From positions 28,240-92,239 of the forward strand of contig CAZLKF010000002.1 in the NCBI GenBank assembly GCA_964560085.1: a DNA stretch of 64,000 nucleotides, in the 5' to 3' direction. Both the position numbers and the translations under genes were made by a program. This document shows positions 9,605-21,508 of the stretch, piece after piece (the stretch's first letter is position 1; each line of letters starts with the position of its first letter). This stretch comes from an uncultured Muribaculaceae bacterium (GTDB lineage Bacteria > Bacillota_I > Bacilli_A > RF39 > UBA660). The notes below the pieces were generated by a model, which saw only the letters and a program-made list of their open reading frames with translations, did no database searches and was not told the origin of the DNA.

Positions 9605-9970
9605 TTATTTCTTCTTATTTGCAACTACTTTGCCTTTACCTTTACGTGTTCTAGCATTTCTGTTAGTTCTTTGACCACGAACTGGTAAATTTTTCTTATG
9701 ACGAGTTCCTTCATATGAGTTAATTTCCATTTTTGTTTTAATGTTCATATTAACTTCACGTCTTAATTCGCCTTCGGTTTGATATTTGTTTACTTCATCA
9801 CGAATACGTGTTATTTCATCAGTTGTTAATTCTTCTGCCTTTTTGTTAGCATCTACGTTTGCAGCAGTTAATATTGTATTTGATAATTGTCTGCCAATTC
9901 CGTAAATATAAGTTAGAGCAATTTCAACTCTCTTATTATTTGGTATATCTACACCTTTAATACGTGCCAT
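9605..9970 (-). CDS. rpsM: 30S ribosomal protein S13
   Basis: [10 protein letters not shown]...IYGIG motif. Confidence 0.9.
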   Translation of the reverse strand: MARIKGVDIPNNKRVEIALTYIYGIGRQLSNTILTAANVDANKKAEELTTDEITRIRDEVNKYQTEGELRREVNMNIKTKMEINSYEGTRHKKNLPVRGQRTNRNARTRKGKGKVVANKKK

Positions 9971-9987
9971 AAAACACCTCCTATTAT

Positions 9988-10101
9988 TTAACCTTGTTTT
10001 TGTTTATGCTTTGGATTTTCGCATATAACATATACTTTTCCTTTACGTCTTACTATCTTACATTTAGGACAGATAGGTTTTACTGATGGTTTAATTTTCA
10101 T
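9988..10101 (-). CDS. rpmJ: 50S ribosomal protein L36
   Basis: Absent from the ORF track. Minus-strand translation is [37 protein letters not shown], 37 aa with a zinc ribbon. Confidence 0.85.
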   Translation of the reverse strand: MKIKPSVKPICPKCKIVRRKGKVYVICENPKHKQKQG

Positions 10102-10113
10102 CTTTAATCCCTC

Positions 10114-10329
10114 CTACTTTCTATAGGTTATGCGCCCACGTGTTAAATCATATAGCGAAATCGCTACTGTTACTGTATCACCTGGTGAAATACGAATGTT
10201 ATTTACTCGCATTTTACCAGAAACCTGGGCTATTACAGTATGTTTATTTTCTAATTCTATTCTAAAGTCTCCTCTAGGTAAAACATCTATTACTTTTCCT
10301 TCAACTTCAATTACATCATCATGCGCCAT
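10114..10329 (-). CDS. infA: translation initiation factor IF-1
   Basis: 71 aa, DVIEVEGKV...[11 protein letters not shown], the S1-like IF1. Confidence 0.9.
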   Translation of the reverse strand: MAHDDVIEVEGKVIDVLPRGDFRIELENKHTVIAQVSGKMRVNNIRISPGDTVTVAISLYDLTRGRITYRK

Positions 10330-10333
10330 TTTA

Positions 10334-11080
10334 TCACCTCTTCGTTAATATTGTATATCCTTCTTTTTCTACCACTATAGTATGTTCAAAATGAGCAGAC
10401 GCTTCACCATCAGCAGTGATTATTGTCCAATCATCATCGAGAATATATATATTGGGGGTTCCTAAATTTAACATCGGTTCTATTGCAATTGTCATACCTG
10501 CTTTTAAAATAGGTCCTTTGCCTGGAAGTCCATAATTGGGAACGTCAGGATTTTCGTGAACTGTTTCACCAATTCCATGACCAACCAACTCTTTTACAAC
10601 TCCAAGTCTATATTTTTTAGCATAAGTTTCAATAGCATTGCCGATATCACTGATATGAATTCCTTCTTTGACAACAGCTAAACCTTCATATAAAGATTTT
10701 TCAGTATGCTCAAGTAAGTACTTCTTTTTTTCACTAATCTGTCCAACAGGATAAGTCCAAGCTGAATCACCATGATAGCCCTTATAACAAGCACCTATAT
10801 CAATTGAAATGATATCACCGTTTTTTAACTTACGGTTTGAGGGAATTCCATGAACAACTTCTTCATTAATTGAAGTACAAATTGTTGCTGGATATCCTTC
10901 ATATCCCTTAAATGATGGAGTCGCATTCTTGCTCAAAATAAAGTCATAAGCTAATTTATCAAGTTCCAAAGTAGAGATACCTGGTTTAACAAATTTCTGC
11001 AAGTAATTGTGAGTTTCCCCAACAATTGATCCAGCTTTTTTCATTAATTCGATTTCTCGATCAGACTTTATCGTTATCAT
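10334..11080 (-). CDS. map: type I methionine aminopeptidase
   Basis: 248 aa with the MetAP metal-ligand context (D..D...H...E..E); canonical position after infA. Confidence 0.85.
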   Translation of the reverse strand: MITIKSDREIELMKKAGSIVGETHNYLQKFVKPGISTLELDKLAYDFILSKNATPSFKGYEGYPATICTSINEEVVHGIPSNRKLKNGDIISIDIGACYKGYHGDSAWTYPVGQISEKKKYLLEHTEKSLYEGLAVVKEGIHISDIGNAIETYAKKYRLGVVKELVGHGIGETVHENPDVPNYGLPGKGPILKAGMTIAIEPMLNLGTPNIYILDDDWTIITADGEASAHFEHTIVVEKEGYTILTKR

Positions 11081-11081
11081 T

Positions 11082-11720
11082 TTAATCCTGTTCTTTCAAT
11101 ATATGTTCAATATCAGCAAATGTATCTTCTTTTAATTCATGTGATTTTACAATATAAAGCACTTGTTTTTTACGATAATATTCAAGAATATCTTTTACAT
11201 TGTTAAGGTAGGTATTAAATCTAACCTTAAATGATTCTTCATTATCATCGCTACGACCAGTTAATTCTATATTACAAACATCACATAAACGATCTTTTTT
11301 TGGAGCCATTTCTTTAGAATAAATATTATAAATTTTTCCACACTTACTACAAGTTAAGCGACCAAGTGTTCTTTCTAAAGCGACAATTTCTTCAACTTCA
11401 AAGTTAATTACAATATAATTAGCAAAGAAATTATCTAAAACATGTGCTTGATTTAACGTTCTTGGAAACCCATCTAAAACGACTGGAACATTTCCTAATT
11501 CTTTTAGTTTATTTTGTAATAATTGTGCAGTTGTATTGTCATCGATTAAGATTCCTTTTGAAATATCATCATGAATTTTACGATTAAATTCCGTACTATC
11601 ATCCAAATCTCTAAACAATTGTCCCATTGATATGTGTTTATATCCATATCTGGAAACTAACAATTCACATTGTGTTCCTTTGCCAGCTGCTGGAGCACCA
11701 TATAAAATTATGTTTTTCAT
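11082..11720 (-). CDS. adk: adenylate kinase
   Basis: P-loop GAPAAGKGTQ and a zinc-lid CSKCG...CDVC. Confidence 0.9.
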   Translation of the reverse strand: MKNIILYGAPAAGKGTQCELLVSRYGYKHISMGQLFRDLDDSTEFNRKIHDDISKGILIDDNTTAQLLQNKLKELGNVPVVLDGFPRTLNQAHVLDNFFANYIVINFEVEEIVALERTLGRLTCSKCGKIYNIYSKEMAPKKDRLCDVCNIELTGRSDDNEESFKVRFNTYLNNVKDILEYYRKKQVLYIVKSHELKEDTFADIEHILKEQD

Positions 11721-12974
11721 TTATCTTCTCCCCTTTGAATAATTTCTGCTCAACAATAAACTTTCTAATTGCTTGTATGTTTCTAAAGCAACACCAACAA
11801 CAATCAATAATCCAGTACCACCTAAGGCAATTGAATTATTTAAGCCAGTTACCCAAACAAATATTGTTGGTAAGGCCGCAATCGCTGCTAAGCACAAAGC
11901 TCCAACAAAAGTTATTCGATTAATAATTTTCTTTATATAAACTTCCGTTGCATCACCCGGACGAACTCCAGGAATATAACCACCATTCTTTTGTAAGTTT
12001 GAGGCCATATCTTTTGGTTTTAGTTGTGCATAAGTGTAAAAATATGAAAAACCAAAAATTAATACAATATATAATATAAAGCCAGTTACTGATGAGGTTG
12101 ATAACCATTTTTCAGTAAAAGTTGTTAATGAATCAACTTTTATAAATTGAGCTATGAATGCAGGCATTTGTAGTAAAGCTGATGCAAAAATTACAGGGAT
12201 TACGCCAGCTGAGTTTAAACGGAAAGGAATATAACTTTGTCTTCCGCCAACTGCAGTTGACTTATTTGCATATTGAATTGCAACTCTTCGTTCAGCTGTT
12301 TGTTCATAAACAACAGCCAAGACAATAATTACGTAAACAAGGACATAAGCAACAAACTTGGCAACACCCATTGCTGTACCACCAGTCATAAATGTCTGAT
12401 AAGCATTAGCAAATGTTGCTGGCAAAGTCATTACAATGCCGGCCATAATTATCATTGAAACGCCGTTTCCAATTCCTTTTTGAGTCATTTGGTCACCTAA
12501 CCATAATAACAAAGCTGTTCCAGCAGTCATAACTAAAGAAAAGTTCAAATATTCAGCAAATGTTCCACCTTCGATAATCGCGAATGAGAACATATATCCT
12601 TGAATAAATGCCATTAAGATACCAACATATCTTGTTATTTTATTTAGTTTTACTTGACCTGTGTGTCCTTCTTTTGCTAAATCAGCTAGATATGGAATAA
12701 TATCCATTTGTAATAACTGAATTATGAAAGATGCTGTAATGTATGGTGATACACCTAGAGCAAATATTGAAAATTGTTCTAAAGCGCCTCCAGCCATGAC
12801 ATTTAATAATTGAAAATATTTTAATGTACTTAAACCTAATTGTGCTTGATTAATACCGGGAATAACAATAGTTGTTCCAAGTTTAAAGATAAATAAGGCA
12901 AATAAAGTAAAATATATTTTCTTTCTTATATCTTTGTTTTTTGGATTAAATATTTGCTTCATAGTTGCAAACAT
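11721..12974 (-). CDS. secY: preprotein translocase subunit SecY
   Basis: 417 aa polytopic membrane protein between rplO and adk. Confidence 0.9.
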   Translation of the reverse strand: MFATMKQIFNPKNKDIRKKIYFTLFALFIFKLGTTIVIPGINQAQLGLSTLKYFQLLNVMAGGALEQFSIFALGVSPYITASFIIQLLQMDIIPYLADLAKEGHTGQVKLNKITRYVGILMAFIQGYMFSFAIIEGGTFAEYLNFSLVMTAGTALLLWLGDQMTQKGIGNGVSMIIMAGIVMTLPATFANAYQTFMTGGTAMGVAKFVAYVLVYVIIVLAVVYEQTAERRVAIQYANKSTAVGGRQSYIPFRLNSAGVIPVIFASALLQMPAFIAQFIKVDSLTTFTEKWLSTSSVTGFILYIVLIFGFSYFYTYAQLKPKDMASNLQKNGGYIPGVRPGDATEVYIKKIINRITFVGALCLAAIAALPTIFVWVTGLNNSIALGGTGLLIVVGVALETYKQLESLLLSRNYSKGRR

Positions 12975-12975
12975 T

Positions 12976-13419
12976 TTAGATCACCTCTGCTTTTCCACCT
13001 ATTTTTTCAATCTCTCTTAAGGCAGCATCAGAGAATTTATTCGCTTTTACAGTAATCTTTTTAGTTAATTTTCCATTACCTAAAACTTTTACGCCATCAA
13101 GTTGTTTTTTTAATAGTCCCATTTCTTTTAATAATTCTGGTGTTACTACAGCACCATCATCAAACTTGTCTAAATCACTTAAATTAATAACTGCATAAGT
13201 TGTTTTGAATAATGCATTTTTGAAACCACGTTTTGGTAAACGACGGAATAATGGTAATTGGCCACCTTCAAATCCTGGGCGAACACCACCACCACTTCTT
13301 GCATTTTGACCCTTATGGCCTTTGCCAGAAGTTTTTCCTAAACCGGAACCAGTTCCACGGCCAACTCTTTTACGAGTTTGCTTAGCACCCTCTGGTGCAT
13401 ACATACAATTTAACTTCAT
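12976..13419 (-). CDS. rplO: 50S ribosomal protein L15
   Basis: Gly-rich basic N-terminus ([19 protein letters not shown]). Confidence 0.9.
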   Translation of the reverse strand: MKLNCMYAPEGAKQTRKRVGRGTGSGLGKTSGKGHKGQNARSGGGVRPGFEGGQLPLFRRLPKRGFKNALFKTTYAVINLSDLDKFDDGAVVTPELLKEMGLLKKQLDGVKVLGNGKLTKKITVKANKFSDAALREIEKIGGKAEVI

Positions 13420-13922
13420 TATAACTCCTCAACTTTCTTACCGCGAAGTTCTGCAACTTCTTCAGTAGTTTTTTGAGCTCTTAATGCTTTCAATGTTGCT
13501 TGAGCCATATTAATTTTTGTACTTGAACCAAGTGATTTTGATAAGATATCTTTTACGCCGGCTAATTCTAATACCGCGCGAACAGGACCACCAGCTTTAA
13601 CACCAGTACCAGCAGCTGCTGGCTTTAACATAACTTTACTAGCACCTTCAACACCATATGCTTCATGAGGAATTGTTCTATTATCAACTAATGAAACTTT
13701 AACGATGTCTTTAGTTGCAGCCGCACTTGCCTTTTTAATAGCATCTGGAACTTCATTAGCTTTGCCAGTACCAATACCAACTAAGCCATTACGATTTCCA
13801 ACTGCAACAGTTGCTGAAAAACGGAAATGACGACCACCTTTTGTTACTTTTGTAACTCTGCCAATATTGATTATTTCTTCATCATATTGTTTTTGACGTG
13901 GTTCTCTTCTAGATTTTTCCAT
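13419..13922 (-). CDS. rpsE: 30S ribosomal protein S5
   Basis: The S5 dsRBD-like motif. Its stop overlaps the rplO start (ATGA), so no rpmD lies between them. Confidence 0.9.
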   Translation of the reverse strand: MEKSRREPRQKQYDEEIINIGRVTKVTKGGRHFRFSATVAVGNRNGLVGIGTGKANEVPDAIKKASAAATKDIVKVSLVDNRTIPHEAYGVEGASKVMLKPAAAGTGVKAGGPVRAVLELAGVKDILSKSLGSSTKINMAQATLKALRAQKTTEEVAELRGKKVEEL

Positions 13923-13935
13923 TGTTTTCCTCCTT

Positions 13936-14298
13936 TTAGAATTCTAATCCATTTTCACGTGCAGCTTCTGCTAGAGCTTCTACACGTCCATGATAAAGGT
14001 ATCCACCTCTATCGAAAACTACTTTAGTTATTTTTGCTTCTTTTGCTCTTTTTGCAAGAAGAACGCCAACTTGAATAGCAGCTTCAGTATTACTACCATT
14101 CTTAAGTTTTAATTCTTTATCGATAGAAGAAGCACTAACTAACGTAACCGCATTTTCATCATCTATAATTTGTGCAAAAATATTAGCGTTTGATCTAAAA
14201 ACATTTAAACGTGGAATACTTTTTGTTCCAACAACATTTTCTCTAACACGCTCATGTCTTGCTTTTCGCATATCATTACGAGATTCTTTTTTAATCAT
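13936..14298 (-). CDS. rplR: 50S ribosomal protein L18
   Basis: 120 aa; the ...[12 protein letters not shown]... motif. Confidence 0.9.
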   Translation of the reverse strand: MIKKESRNDMRKARHERVRENVVGTKSIPRLNVFRSNANIFAQIIDDENAVTLVSASSIDKELKLKNGSNTEAAIQVGVLLAKRAKEAKITKVVFDRGGYLYHGRVEALAEAARENGLEF

Positions 14299-14321
14299 GA
14301 GTATTACTCTCCTTTACTTAA

Positions 14322-14852
14322 TTAAGCCGCTTTTTTACCGACTTTACGGCGAACAATTTCGCCACTATAACGAATTCCTTTACCTTTATAAGGTTCTGGT
14401 TTTCTAATCTTTCTGATGTCAGCAGCATATTCCCCAACAAGACATTTATCAATACCTCTTATAAATAATTCAGTATTACTTGGAGATTCAAGTTTAATGC
14501 CTTCAGGAATATCCACTTCAACTGGATGTGAAAATCCAGCAGTTATAACTAATTTGTTACCTTTTAAAGTAAAACGATATCCTACACCTACAGCTTCAAG
14601 CTTTTTTTCAAATCCTTCAGTTACACCAATAATAGCGTTATTAAGATTTGCATTAACTGTTCCATGTAAATTTTTAATTTCATCATTTGCTCTTGTAACC
14701 ATTACTTCTGTACCATTAACACTTACCTGAATTCCAGTAGGAACATTGACATTAAGTTCGCCTTTTTGTCCTTTTACAATAACATTGTTTTCATTAACAG
14801 TTAATGTAACTGAAGCAGGTATAGTTAAAATTTTATTACCTATACGACTCAT
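14322..14852 (-). CDS. rplF: 50S ribosomal protein L6
   Basis: MSRIGNK..IP..V family start, 176 aa. Confidence 0.9.
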   Translation of the reverse strand: MSRIGNKILTIPASVTLTVNENNVIVKGQKGELNVNVPTGIQVSVNGTEVMVTRANDEIKNLHGTVNANLNNAIIGVTEGFEKKLEAVGVGYRFTLKGNKLVITAGFSHPVEVDIPEGIKLESPSNTELFIRGIDKCLVGEYAADIRKIRKPEPYKGKGIRYSGEIVRRKVGKKAA

Positions 14853-14866
14853 AATATCTCTCCATT

Positions 14867-15262
14867 CTACCAGATGTAAGCTAGAAGTTCGCCACCAACG
14901 TTTTCAGTTCTTGCATTCTTATCAGTCATAACACCTTTTGGTGTAGAAAGAATTGCAATACCTAAACCATTTAATACTTTTGGTACTTCATCAGCTTTTA
15001 CATAAACACGTAAGCCCGGTTTAGAAATTCTCTTTAAACCAGTTATAACACGTTCTCTTTTTTCAGTATATTTTAAGTTTAAAACAATAACATTTTGTAT
15101 ATTGTTTTTCTTAACCTTATAATCATTAATAAATCCTTCGTCCTTTAAAATACGAGCGATTTCTTCTTTTAATTTTGAAGCGGGTACTTCAACTTCTTTA
15201 TCGCGCATTTGATTTGCATTACGAACTCGCGTAAGCATATCTGCGATTGGGTCTGTTACCAT
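14867..15262 (-). CDS. rpsH: 30S ribosomal protein S8
   Basis: [16 protein letters not shown], the S8 signature. Confidence 0.9.
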   Translation of the reverse strand: MVTDPIADMLTRVRNANQMRDKEVEVPASKLKEEIARILKDEGFINDYKVKKNNIQNVIVLNLKYTEKRERVITGLKRISKPGLRVYVKADEVPKVLNGLGIAILSTPKGVMTDKNARTENVGGELLAYIW

Positions 15263-15283
15263 ATATATCCTCCCTTCGTTATC

Positions 15284-15469
15284 CTACCAGCTAGATTTTT
15301 TCATTCCTGGTATTTGTCCTTTATAAGCTAATTCCCTAAAACAAATACGACAGATGCCATATTTACTAAGTACTGCATGTGGTCTTCCACAACGATTACA
15401 ACGAGTGTAAGCACGTGTCGAGAACTTAGGTTTACGGTTAGCTTTTATAATCATGCTTTTTTTAGCCAT
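15284..15469 (-). CDS. rpsN: 30S ribosomal protein S14, zinc-binding type Z
   Basis: 61 aa with C-x2-C...C-x2-C ([20 protein letters not shown]). Confidence 0.9.
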   Translation of the reverse strand: MAKKSMIIKANRKPKFSTRAYTRCNRCGRPHAVLSKYGICRICFRELAYKGQIPGMKKSSW

Positions 15470-15488
15470 AATATCCTCCTAATTATAG

Positions 15489-16028
15489 TTATTTTTTAAA
15501 CGGCATCCCAAAGCCTTTTAATAAGTCATACGCTTCTTCATTAGATTTAGCAGTTGTTACAAATACTACATCCATGCCACGTACTTTAACTACGTTATCG
15601 TATTCAATTTCAGAAAAAATTAATTGTTCAGTTAATCCTAATGTATAGTTACCTCTGCCGTCAAATGCTTTATTAGAAATTCCTCTAAAGTCTCTTACAC
15701 GAGGTAGGGCAATACTAATTAACTTTTCTAAGAAGTTATACATTTTTTCGCCTCTTAGAGTTACCTTACATCCGATTGCTTGACCAGCTCTTAATTTAAA
15801 ACCAGCAATTGCTTTTTTTGCTTTAGTTGCTACTGGTTTTTGACCAGTGATTAATTCAAGTTCTTGCATAGCTGCTTCTAATAATTTTGAGTTAGTTGTT
15901 GCATCTCCTGTTCCAATATTAACAACGATTTTGTCTAACTTTGGAACATTCATAACAGATGTATATTTATATTTTTCTGTCATTGCAGGTACGATTTCTT
16001 TCATATATTTTTCTTTTAGGTGGTTCAT
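15489..16028 (-). CDS. rplE: 50S ribosomal protein L5
   Basis: MNHLKEKY...VPKL.KIVVN.G family start. Confidence 0.9.
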   Translation of the reverse strand: MNHLKEKYMKEIVPAMTEKYKYTSVMNVPKLDKIVVNIGTGDATTNSKLLEAAMQELELITGQKPVATKAKKAIAGFKLRAGQAIGCKVTLRGEKMYNFLEKLISIALPRVRDFRGISNKAFDGRGNYTLGLTEQLIFSEIEYDNVVKVRGMDVVFVTTAKSNEEAYDLLKGFGMPFKK

Positions 16029-16045
16029 AAATACCCTCCTTCCAA

Positions 16046-16354
16046 TTAATCAAGGCTTTCATTAGAAGTGCGTGCAATTCTAACTTTTTTGCCCTTTTTA
16101 TCTACAGTATGTCCGATACGAGTAGGTTTCTTTGTTTTTGGATCCATTAACATTACATTTGAAGCATGAATAGGCGCTTCACGATCAACAATACTACCTT
16201 CTTTTTGACCATTTGGCTTTAAATGCTTTTTATGAATATTAATACCTTCAACAACTACTCTGTTTTCATCACGTAAAATTTTAGTTATTTTACCTTCTTT
16301 ACCTTTTGATGAACCAGCTATAACAACTACTCTATCTCCAGTTTTAAAGTTCAT
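16046..16354 (-). CDS. rplX: 50S ribosomal protein L24
   Basis: KOW motif ([14 protein letters not shown]). Confidence 0.9.
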   Translation of the reverse strand: MNFKTGDRVVVIAGSSKGKEGKITKILRDENRVVVEGINIHKKHLKPNGQKEGSIVDREAPIHASNVMLMDPKTKKPTRIGHTVDKKGKKVRIARTSNESLD

Positions 16355-16373
16355 GTTTTACCTCCTTTAAGGT

Positions 16374-16742
16374 TTATATTACTTCTTTTGCAAGTGAAAC
16401 GATCTTCATATAATCTTTATCACGTAATTCACGTGCAACTGGCCCGAATACACGAGTACCTACTGGACTCTTATCATCTTTAATAATAACGCAAGCGTTA
16501 TCATCAAACTTAATATAAGATCCGTCCGCTCTTCTAAGCCCAAATCTACTTCTAACAACTACAGCCTTAACAACTTTGCCTTTTCTAACTGTACCATTAG
16601 GAGTTGCTTTCTTTATAGCCCCTACGACTACATCTCCAATATTTCCCGTTTTTACTTTACTTCCACCAAGAACACGAATAACAGATAGTTCACGTGCGCC
16701 TGAGTTATCAGCAACTTTCAAACGACTTTCTGGTTGAATCAT
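16374..16742 (-). CDS. rplN: 50S ribosomal protein L14
   Basis: [16 protein letters not shown], the L14 signature. Confidence 0.9.
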   Translation of the reverse strand: MIQPESRLKVADNSGARELSVIRVLGGSKVKTGNIGDVVVGAIKKATPNGTVRKGKVVKAVVVRSRFGLRRADGSYIKFDDNACVIIKDDKSPVGTRVFGPVARELRDKDYMKIVSLAKEVI

Positions 16743-16767
16743 ATATTAATCCTCCTATCGTTTACAA

Positions 16768-17028
16768 TTATAGAATAATTGCTTTTTCGACAACTTCAAC
16801 TAAACGAAAATGCTTTGTTTTTGAAAGCGGTCTAGTTTCAGCTATACGAACTATGTCACCAGTTTGTGCAACACTTTGTTCATCGTGTGCAGCATATTTT
16901 TTAGAGTATTTAACACGTTTCCCGTATTTAGAATTAACTTTATAAGTTTCAACTAATACTGTAATAGTTTTATCACATTTATTGCTTACAACTTTACCGA
17001 TTAATTCTCTAGCGTTTTTTTCTTTCAT
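16768..17028 (-). CDS. rpsQ: 30S ribosomal protein S17
   Basis: Start ATG 17028 (MKEKNAREL) follows GGAGGT. The ORF-track start at 17040 sits inside the RBS. Confidence 0.85.
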   Translation of the reverse strand: MKEKNARELIGKVVSNKCDKTITVLVETYKVNSKYGKRVKYSKKYAAHDEQSVAQTGDIVRIAETRPLSKTKHFRLVEVVEKAIIL

Positions 17029-17039
17029 AAATACCTCCA

Positions 17040-17228
17040 TTAATTTTCGCGTTCACGCATAATTGTTTTCATACGTGCGACTAACTTTCTAAGTTCTTTG
17101 ATTCTTGAAGGTTTTTCTAAACTACCTGATGCTTGGCTTAAACGCAAATTAAATAATTCCTCTTTATATTCAACAATTTTCTTACTCATTTCTTCATTGC
17201 TCAATGCTCTAAGTTCTTTATTATTCAT
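17040..17228 (-). CDS. rpmC: 50S ribosomal protein L29
   Basis: Start ATG 17228 (MNNKELRAL) has GGTGA 5 nt upstream; [12 protein letters not shown] motif. Confidence 0.85.
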   Translation of the reverse strand: MNNKELRALSNEEMSKKIVEYKEELFNLRLSQASGSLEKPSRIKELRKLVARMKTIMREREN

Positions 17229-17646
17229 GCGCTTCACCATCTTTCTTCACAAATTTACATCTGATTGGTAGTTTATGCATAGCTAAACGTAATGCTTCAC
17301 GAGCTGTTGCTTCGTCTACCTCACTAATTTCAAACATAATTTTATTTTTCTTAACAACTGCAACCCATACTTCTGGTTGACCTTTTCCTTTACCCATACG
17401 AGTTTCTAAAGGAATTTTAGTTAATGAAAGATGTGGAAAAATATTTATCCATACTTTGCCACCACGTTTCATATAACGAGTCATCGCAACACGTGCTGCT
17501 TCAATTTGTTGTTGGGTAATCCAGGCCCCTTCTAAGGCCATTAAACCATATTCACCAAAGTGTAATTCAGTATTACCTCTAGCTACTCCATCATATACTA
17601 AACGATGAGGACGACGGTATTTAGTTCTTTTTGGAATTACTGCCAT
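17221..17646 (-). CDS. rplP: 50S ribosomal protein L16
   Basis: [14 protein letters not shown]; start 17646 follows GGAGGAG. Confidence 0.9.
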   Translation of the reverse strand: MAVIPKRTKYRRPHRLVYDGVARGNTELHFGEYGLMALEGAWITQQQIEAARVAMTRYMKRGGKVWINIFPHLSLTKIPLETRMGKGKGQPEVWVAVVKKNKIMFEISEVDEATAREALRLAMHKLPIRCKFVKKDGEAHE

Positions 17647-18298
17647 TTGTTTCTCCTCCTTCGTTTTTCTTTGCTAAGATTTCTCCTTTATAAATCCAAA
17701 CCTTAACTCCGATTTTTCCATATGTTGTATCTGCTTCAACATGAGCATAATCAACATCTGCTCTCAATGTGTGCAATGGAATATTACCTTCTGTATAGCC
17801 TTCGGTTCTTGCCATATCAGCGCCGCCTAAACGTCCTGAAACAGCAGTCTTGATTCCTTTAGCTCCAGCTTTCATCGTATTTCTAATTGCTCTTTTTTGA
17901 GATACTCTGAATGATACTCTTCCTTCAATTTGTTTTGCAATTCCTTCGGCTACTAATCTAGCATTTAAGTCAGGATTCTTAACTTCCATAATTGAAATTT
18001 GAATATCTTCTTTAACTAGTTTAACTAATTCTTTCTTAACTTTTTCTATTTCTTCACCGCTGTGTCCAATTACAACACCAGGTTTTGCAGTATTAATAAT
18101 AACTTCTGTTTTACCTTTGCTTCTTTCAATTACAATACTTGAAACAGCAGCATCTTTTAGCTTTGCGTATAAAAACTTACGGATCTTAACATCGGCATCA
18201 AGATATTTTGCAAAATCTTTATTATCTGCAAACCATTTTGATTCCCAAGTCTTATTAATTCCCATTCTAAGTCCTATTGGACTAACTTTTTGACCCAC
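17621..18298 (-). CDS. rpsC: 30S ribosomal protein S3
   Basis: [11 protein letters not shown]... KH domain; its last 26 nt overlap rplP. Confidence 0.9.
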   Translation of the reverse strand: MGQKVSPIGLRMGINKTWESKWFADNKDFAKYLDADVKIRKFLYAKLKDAAVSSIVIERSKGKTEVIINTAKPGVVIGHSGEEIEKVKKELVKLVKEDIQISIMEVKNPDLNARLVAEGIAKQIEGRVSFRVSQKRAIRNTMKAGAKGIKTAVSGRLGGADMARTEGYTEGNIPLHTLRADVDYAHVEADTTYGKIGVKVWIYKGEILAKKNEGGETNGSNSKKN

Positions 18299-18315
18299 GA
18301 GTTTACCTCCTTTAT

Positions 18316-18651
18316 CTAATTTTTATCACTAACAACTATTGTTATGTGACTTGTTCTTTTCTTAATTGGATCGACATGTCCACGTGATCCAAAACGCATT
18401 CTTTTTAAGGTTCTACCTTCATTAATGAAGGCTTCTTTTACATATAAATTTTCTTTATTTAATCCTTGGTTATTTTCAGCATTAGCTGTAGCAGAAATTA
18501 ATACTTTGCGAATAATTCTTGCTGATTCTTTATTTAAATTTTTTAAAATAACATCGGCTTCTTTAACTGATTTGCCACGAATTAAATCGATTACTAAGCG
18601 TGCTTTACGAGGTACTGTACGAACCCCTTTAGCGATTGCTTTAGCTTCCAT
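18316..18651 (-). CDS. rplV: 50S ribosomal protein L22
   Basis: 111 aa, between rpsS and rpsC, with L22 family similarity. Confidence 0.9.
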   Translation of the reverse strand: MEAKAIAKGVRTVPRKARLVIDLIRGKSVKEADVILKNLNKESARIIRKVLISATANAENNQGLNKENLYVKEAFINEGRTLKRMRFGSRGHVDPIKKRTSHITIVVSDKN

Positions 18652-18668
18652 TTTGAAACCTCCTATCT

Positions 18669-18941
18669 CTATTTACTATCTTTTTCGGTTCCGTGTCCAC
18701 CAAACTTACGAGTAAGTGCGAATTCACCTAATTTATGGCCTACCATATCTTCAGTAACATAAACTGGAATAAATTCTTTTCCATTATGAACTGCAAATGT
18801 GTGACCAATAAATTCAGGGAATATAGTAGAACGACGAGACCATGTTTTTATTACTTCTTTTTTACCATTGTCATTTAAAACTTTTACTTTTTTAAGCAAA
18901 GATTCATCTGCAAATGGTCCTTTTTTTAAACTTCTAGCCAT
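18669..18941 (-). CDS. rpsS: 30S ribosomal protein S19
   Basis: [10 protein letters not shown]...GH.FAVHNGK motif. Confidence 0.9.
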   Translation of the reverse strand: MARSLKKGPFADESLLKKVKVLNDNGKKEVIKTWSRRSTIFPEFIGHTFAVHNGKEFIPVYVTEDMVGHKLGEFALTRKFGGHGTEKDSK

Positions 18942-18957
18942 TTATATCATCCTTTCA

Positions 18958-19788
18958 CTATTTTGTACGACGACGTACGATTAGCTTAGTTGAAGCTTTT
19001 TTATTCTTACGTGTCTTATATCCAAGTGTTGGCTTACCCCATGGAGTAACAGGTCCTTTACGTCCGATTGGTGCACGACCTTCACCACCACCATGTGGGT
19101 GATCGTTAGGGTTCATAACAGAACCACGAACTGTTGGTTTAATTCCCATATGACGTGTACGTCCTGCTTTTCCAAGACTTACTAATTCGTGATCTAAGTT
19201 TCCTACTTCACCAATTGTAGCACGGCAAGTTCCTAAAACCTTGCGAACTTCCCCACTACGTAAACGAATCATTACATATTTTCCTTCGCTACCTAGTATT
19301 TGAACACTTGATCCAGCTGAACGAGCCATTTGGCCACCTTTGCCTGGTTTTAATTCAACATTGTGAACTAAAGTTCCTTCTGGGATATTTGCAAGTGGTA
19401 AATTATTACCAACTTTAATATCAACATTTTCTCCACTGACAACTTTATCTCCAACTTTAATATTGTTAGGAGCTAAGATATATCTTTTTTCGCCATCAGC
19501 ATAAGTAATTAAGGCAATGTTAGCTGTTCTATTAGGATCATATTCGATAGAACTAACAGTTCCAACAATGCCATCTTTAAAGCGTTTAAAATCAATAATA
19601 CGATATTTTCTTTTAGCGCCACCACCACGGTGTCTTAAAGTTATCCTACCTTGATTATTACGTCCGCCATTTTTCTTTATTGTTACAACCAATGATTTTT
19701 CAGGAGTGGCTTTTGTAATCACATCATTAATTAATGTTGACATGCCACGTTGCCCATTAGTCATTGATTTGAAATTTCTTACTGGCAT
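18958..19788 (-). CDS. rplB: 50S ribosomal protein L2
   Basis: 276 aa; ...HPHGGGEGR... motif. Confidence 0.9.
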   Translation of the reverse strand: MPVRNFKSMTNGQRGMSTLINDVITKATPEKSLVVTIKKNGGRNNQGRITLRHRGGGAKRKYRIIDFKRFKDGIVGTVSSIEYDPNRTANIALITYADGEKRYILAPNNIKVGDKVVSGENVDIKVGNNLPLANIPEGTLVHNVELKPGKGGQMARSAGSSVQILGSEGKYVMIRLRSGEVRKVLGTCRATIGEVGNLDHELVSLGKAGRTRHMGIKPTVRGSVMNPNDHPHGGGEGRAPIGRKGPVTPWGKPTLGYKTRKNKKASTKLIVRRRTK

Positions 19789-19807
19789 AACTTTTCCTCC
19801 TTTAAGA

Positions 19808-20089
19808 TTAGTTAAGTTCGATTGAACTTCCTGCTTTTAACTTAACAATTGCTTTCTTTACTTTATTTGTTTTACCACTATAACGACCTACTCTTTTATC
19901 TTTTGGTCTTACTGTTATAGTATTTACGCTTTCAACTTTAACTTTGAAAACTTCTTCAATTGCTTGTTTAATTTGTATTTTATTAGCTTTTACATCAACA
20001 CTAAATGTATATGTATTAGCATTTTGCTTTAAATCAGCACTTTTCTCAGTAATGATTGTGCCTTTAATAATATCGCGTGCATTAGTCAT
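19808..20089 (-). CDS. rplW: 50S ribosomal protein L23
   Basis: 93 aa, positional and family match. Confidence 0.85.
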   Translation of the reverse strand: MTNARDIIKGTIITEKSADLKQNANTYTFSVDVKANKIQIKQAIEEVFKVKVESVNTITVRPKDKRVGRYSGKTNKVKKAIVKLKAGSSIELN

Positions 20090-20712
20090 TATTTTAACGC
20101 CTCCTCAATATTTTTAAGAGCAGATTCAGTTATGATTAATTTGTCAGCACGGACAATATCTAAAGTATTGATTTCATTATCAGCAAGTAAAATTATATTG
20201 TTTAAATTTCTTGTTGCTAATATTAAATTATCATTTAATTCTTCAACAACGATTAAAACATTTTTATTTGCGCCTAATGTATTTAATATTGCTTTAACTT
20301 CTTTAGTTTTATTACTTTCTAAAGCAAAGTTATCAACAACGATTAATTCACTACCTAATACTTTATAAGCAAGAGCTGACTTTAATGCTAAACGTCTTTC
20401 TTTCTTATTCATTTTTGTTTTGTATGAACGTGGATGTGGTCCGAATACGATTCCACCACCTGGCCAGTTTGGAGATCTACGACTTCCTTGGCGAGCACGT
20501 CCAGTACCCTTTTGACGCCATGGTTTAGCGCCACCGCCACTTACTTCACTACGAGTTTTTGTACTAGCAGTTCCTTGACGTAAAGAGTTTTGTGATAAAG
20601 TTATCGCATCATATAATACTGCATCATTTGGTTCAATTGCCCAAACTTCTTTATTTAATGTTGTATCTTTAACTTTTTCACCTTTAATGTTTAATATAGA
20701 TACTTTACTCAT
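20089..20712 (-). CDS. rplD: 50S ribosomal protein L4
   Basis: 207 aa; ...[19 protein letters not shown]... motif. Confidence 0.9.
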   Translation of the reverse strand: MSKVSILNIKGEKVKDTTLNKEVWAIEPNDAVLYDAITLSQNSLRQGTASTKTRSEVSGGGAKPWRQKGTGRARQGSRRSPNWPGGGIVFGPHPRSYKTKMNKKERRLALKSALAYKVLGSELIVVDNFALESNKTKEVKAILNTLGANKNVLIVVEELNDNLILATRNLNNIILLADNEINTLDIVRADKLIITESALKNIEEALK

Positions 20713-20725
20713 TTTCTATGCCCTC

Positions 20726-21499
20726 CTACTCGCTTACACTTTCTGAAGTAACTTCTTCTACAGCTTCAGTTTCTTCAACTGCTGATTCTTCAGTAACTTC
20801 TTCAGTGCTAACTTCTTCTACAGCATCAACTACAGTTTCGTAGCAAACAAGTTCATCTATCTCATTTACCTTATTTGGATTCTTAACAGCTGATTTAATA
20901 AATACTAATGAATTTTTAGCTCCAGGAATATTTCCTTTAACTAATACGACATTTTCTTCTAAATTAACTGCAACGATTTCTAAATTTTGAATTGTAACTG
21001 TTGCAACACCCATGTGTCCTGGTAATTTTTTACCTTTTAATACATGCATTGGTCTCATTGTTCCCATTGAGCCTGGTCTTCTATGATAATGTGAGCCATG
21101 TCCCATTGGTCCTCTTGATTGACCATGACGTTTGATAACGCCTTGAAATCCTTTACCTTTTGTGGTTCCGGTAACATCAACAACTTCGCCTTCAGTAAAG
21201 ATATCAGCTTTGATTTCTTGGCCAAGCGTATAATCATTAATGTTAACGCCTTTGATTTCTTTAAAGAAGCGCTTAGGTGATGTAGTAGCTTTATTAGTAT
21301 GACCTAATGAAGCTTTTGTTGTTAATTTCTCACGTTTTGTATCAAATCCAAGTTGAACTGCCTCATAACCATCATTTTCAGTAGTCTTAATTTGTGTTAC
21401 CACATTTGGTTCAACTGAAACAACAGTTACAGGAATCAATTCACCTGATTTTGTAAAAACTTGAGTCATTCCGATCTTGCGACCTAAGATTCCTTTCAT
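20726..21499 (-). CDS. rplC: 50S ribosomal protein L3 with an acidic C-terminal extension
   Basis: Conserved L3 core ([15 protein letters not shown]). The last roughly 47 aa form an E/V/T/S-rich acidic tail (...[31 protein letters not shown]). Confidence 0.85.
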   Translation of the reverse strand: MKGILGRKIGMTQVFTKSGELIPVTVVSVEPNVVTQIKTTENDGYEAVQLGFDTKREKLTTKASLGHTNKATTSPKRFFKEIKGVNINDYTLGQEIKADIFTEGEVVDVTGTTKGKGFQGVIKRHGQSRGPMGHGSHYHRRPGSMGTMRPMHVLKGKKLPGHMGVATVTIQNLEIVAVNLEENVVLVKGNIPGAKNSLVFIKSAVKNPNKVNEIDELVCYETVVDAVEEVSTEEVTEESAVEETEAVEEVTSESVSE

Positions 21500-21508
21500 A
21501 TTTTCCTC

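Noticed and set aside
10130-20368. Several 60-130 aa ORFs antisense to ribosomal protein genes (for example 10130-10348, 14416-14730, 16694-16945, 18425-18715, 20132-20368), plus 384-779 and 286-498 antisense to rplT/rpmI
   Set aside because: They sit within highly conserved, highly expressed genes on the opposite strand with no RBS. They are typical shadow ORFs in AT-rich DNA.
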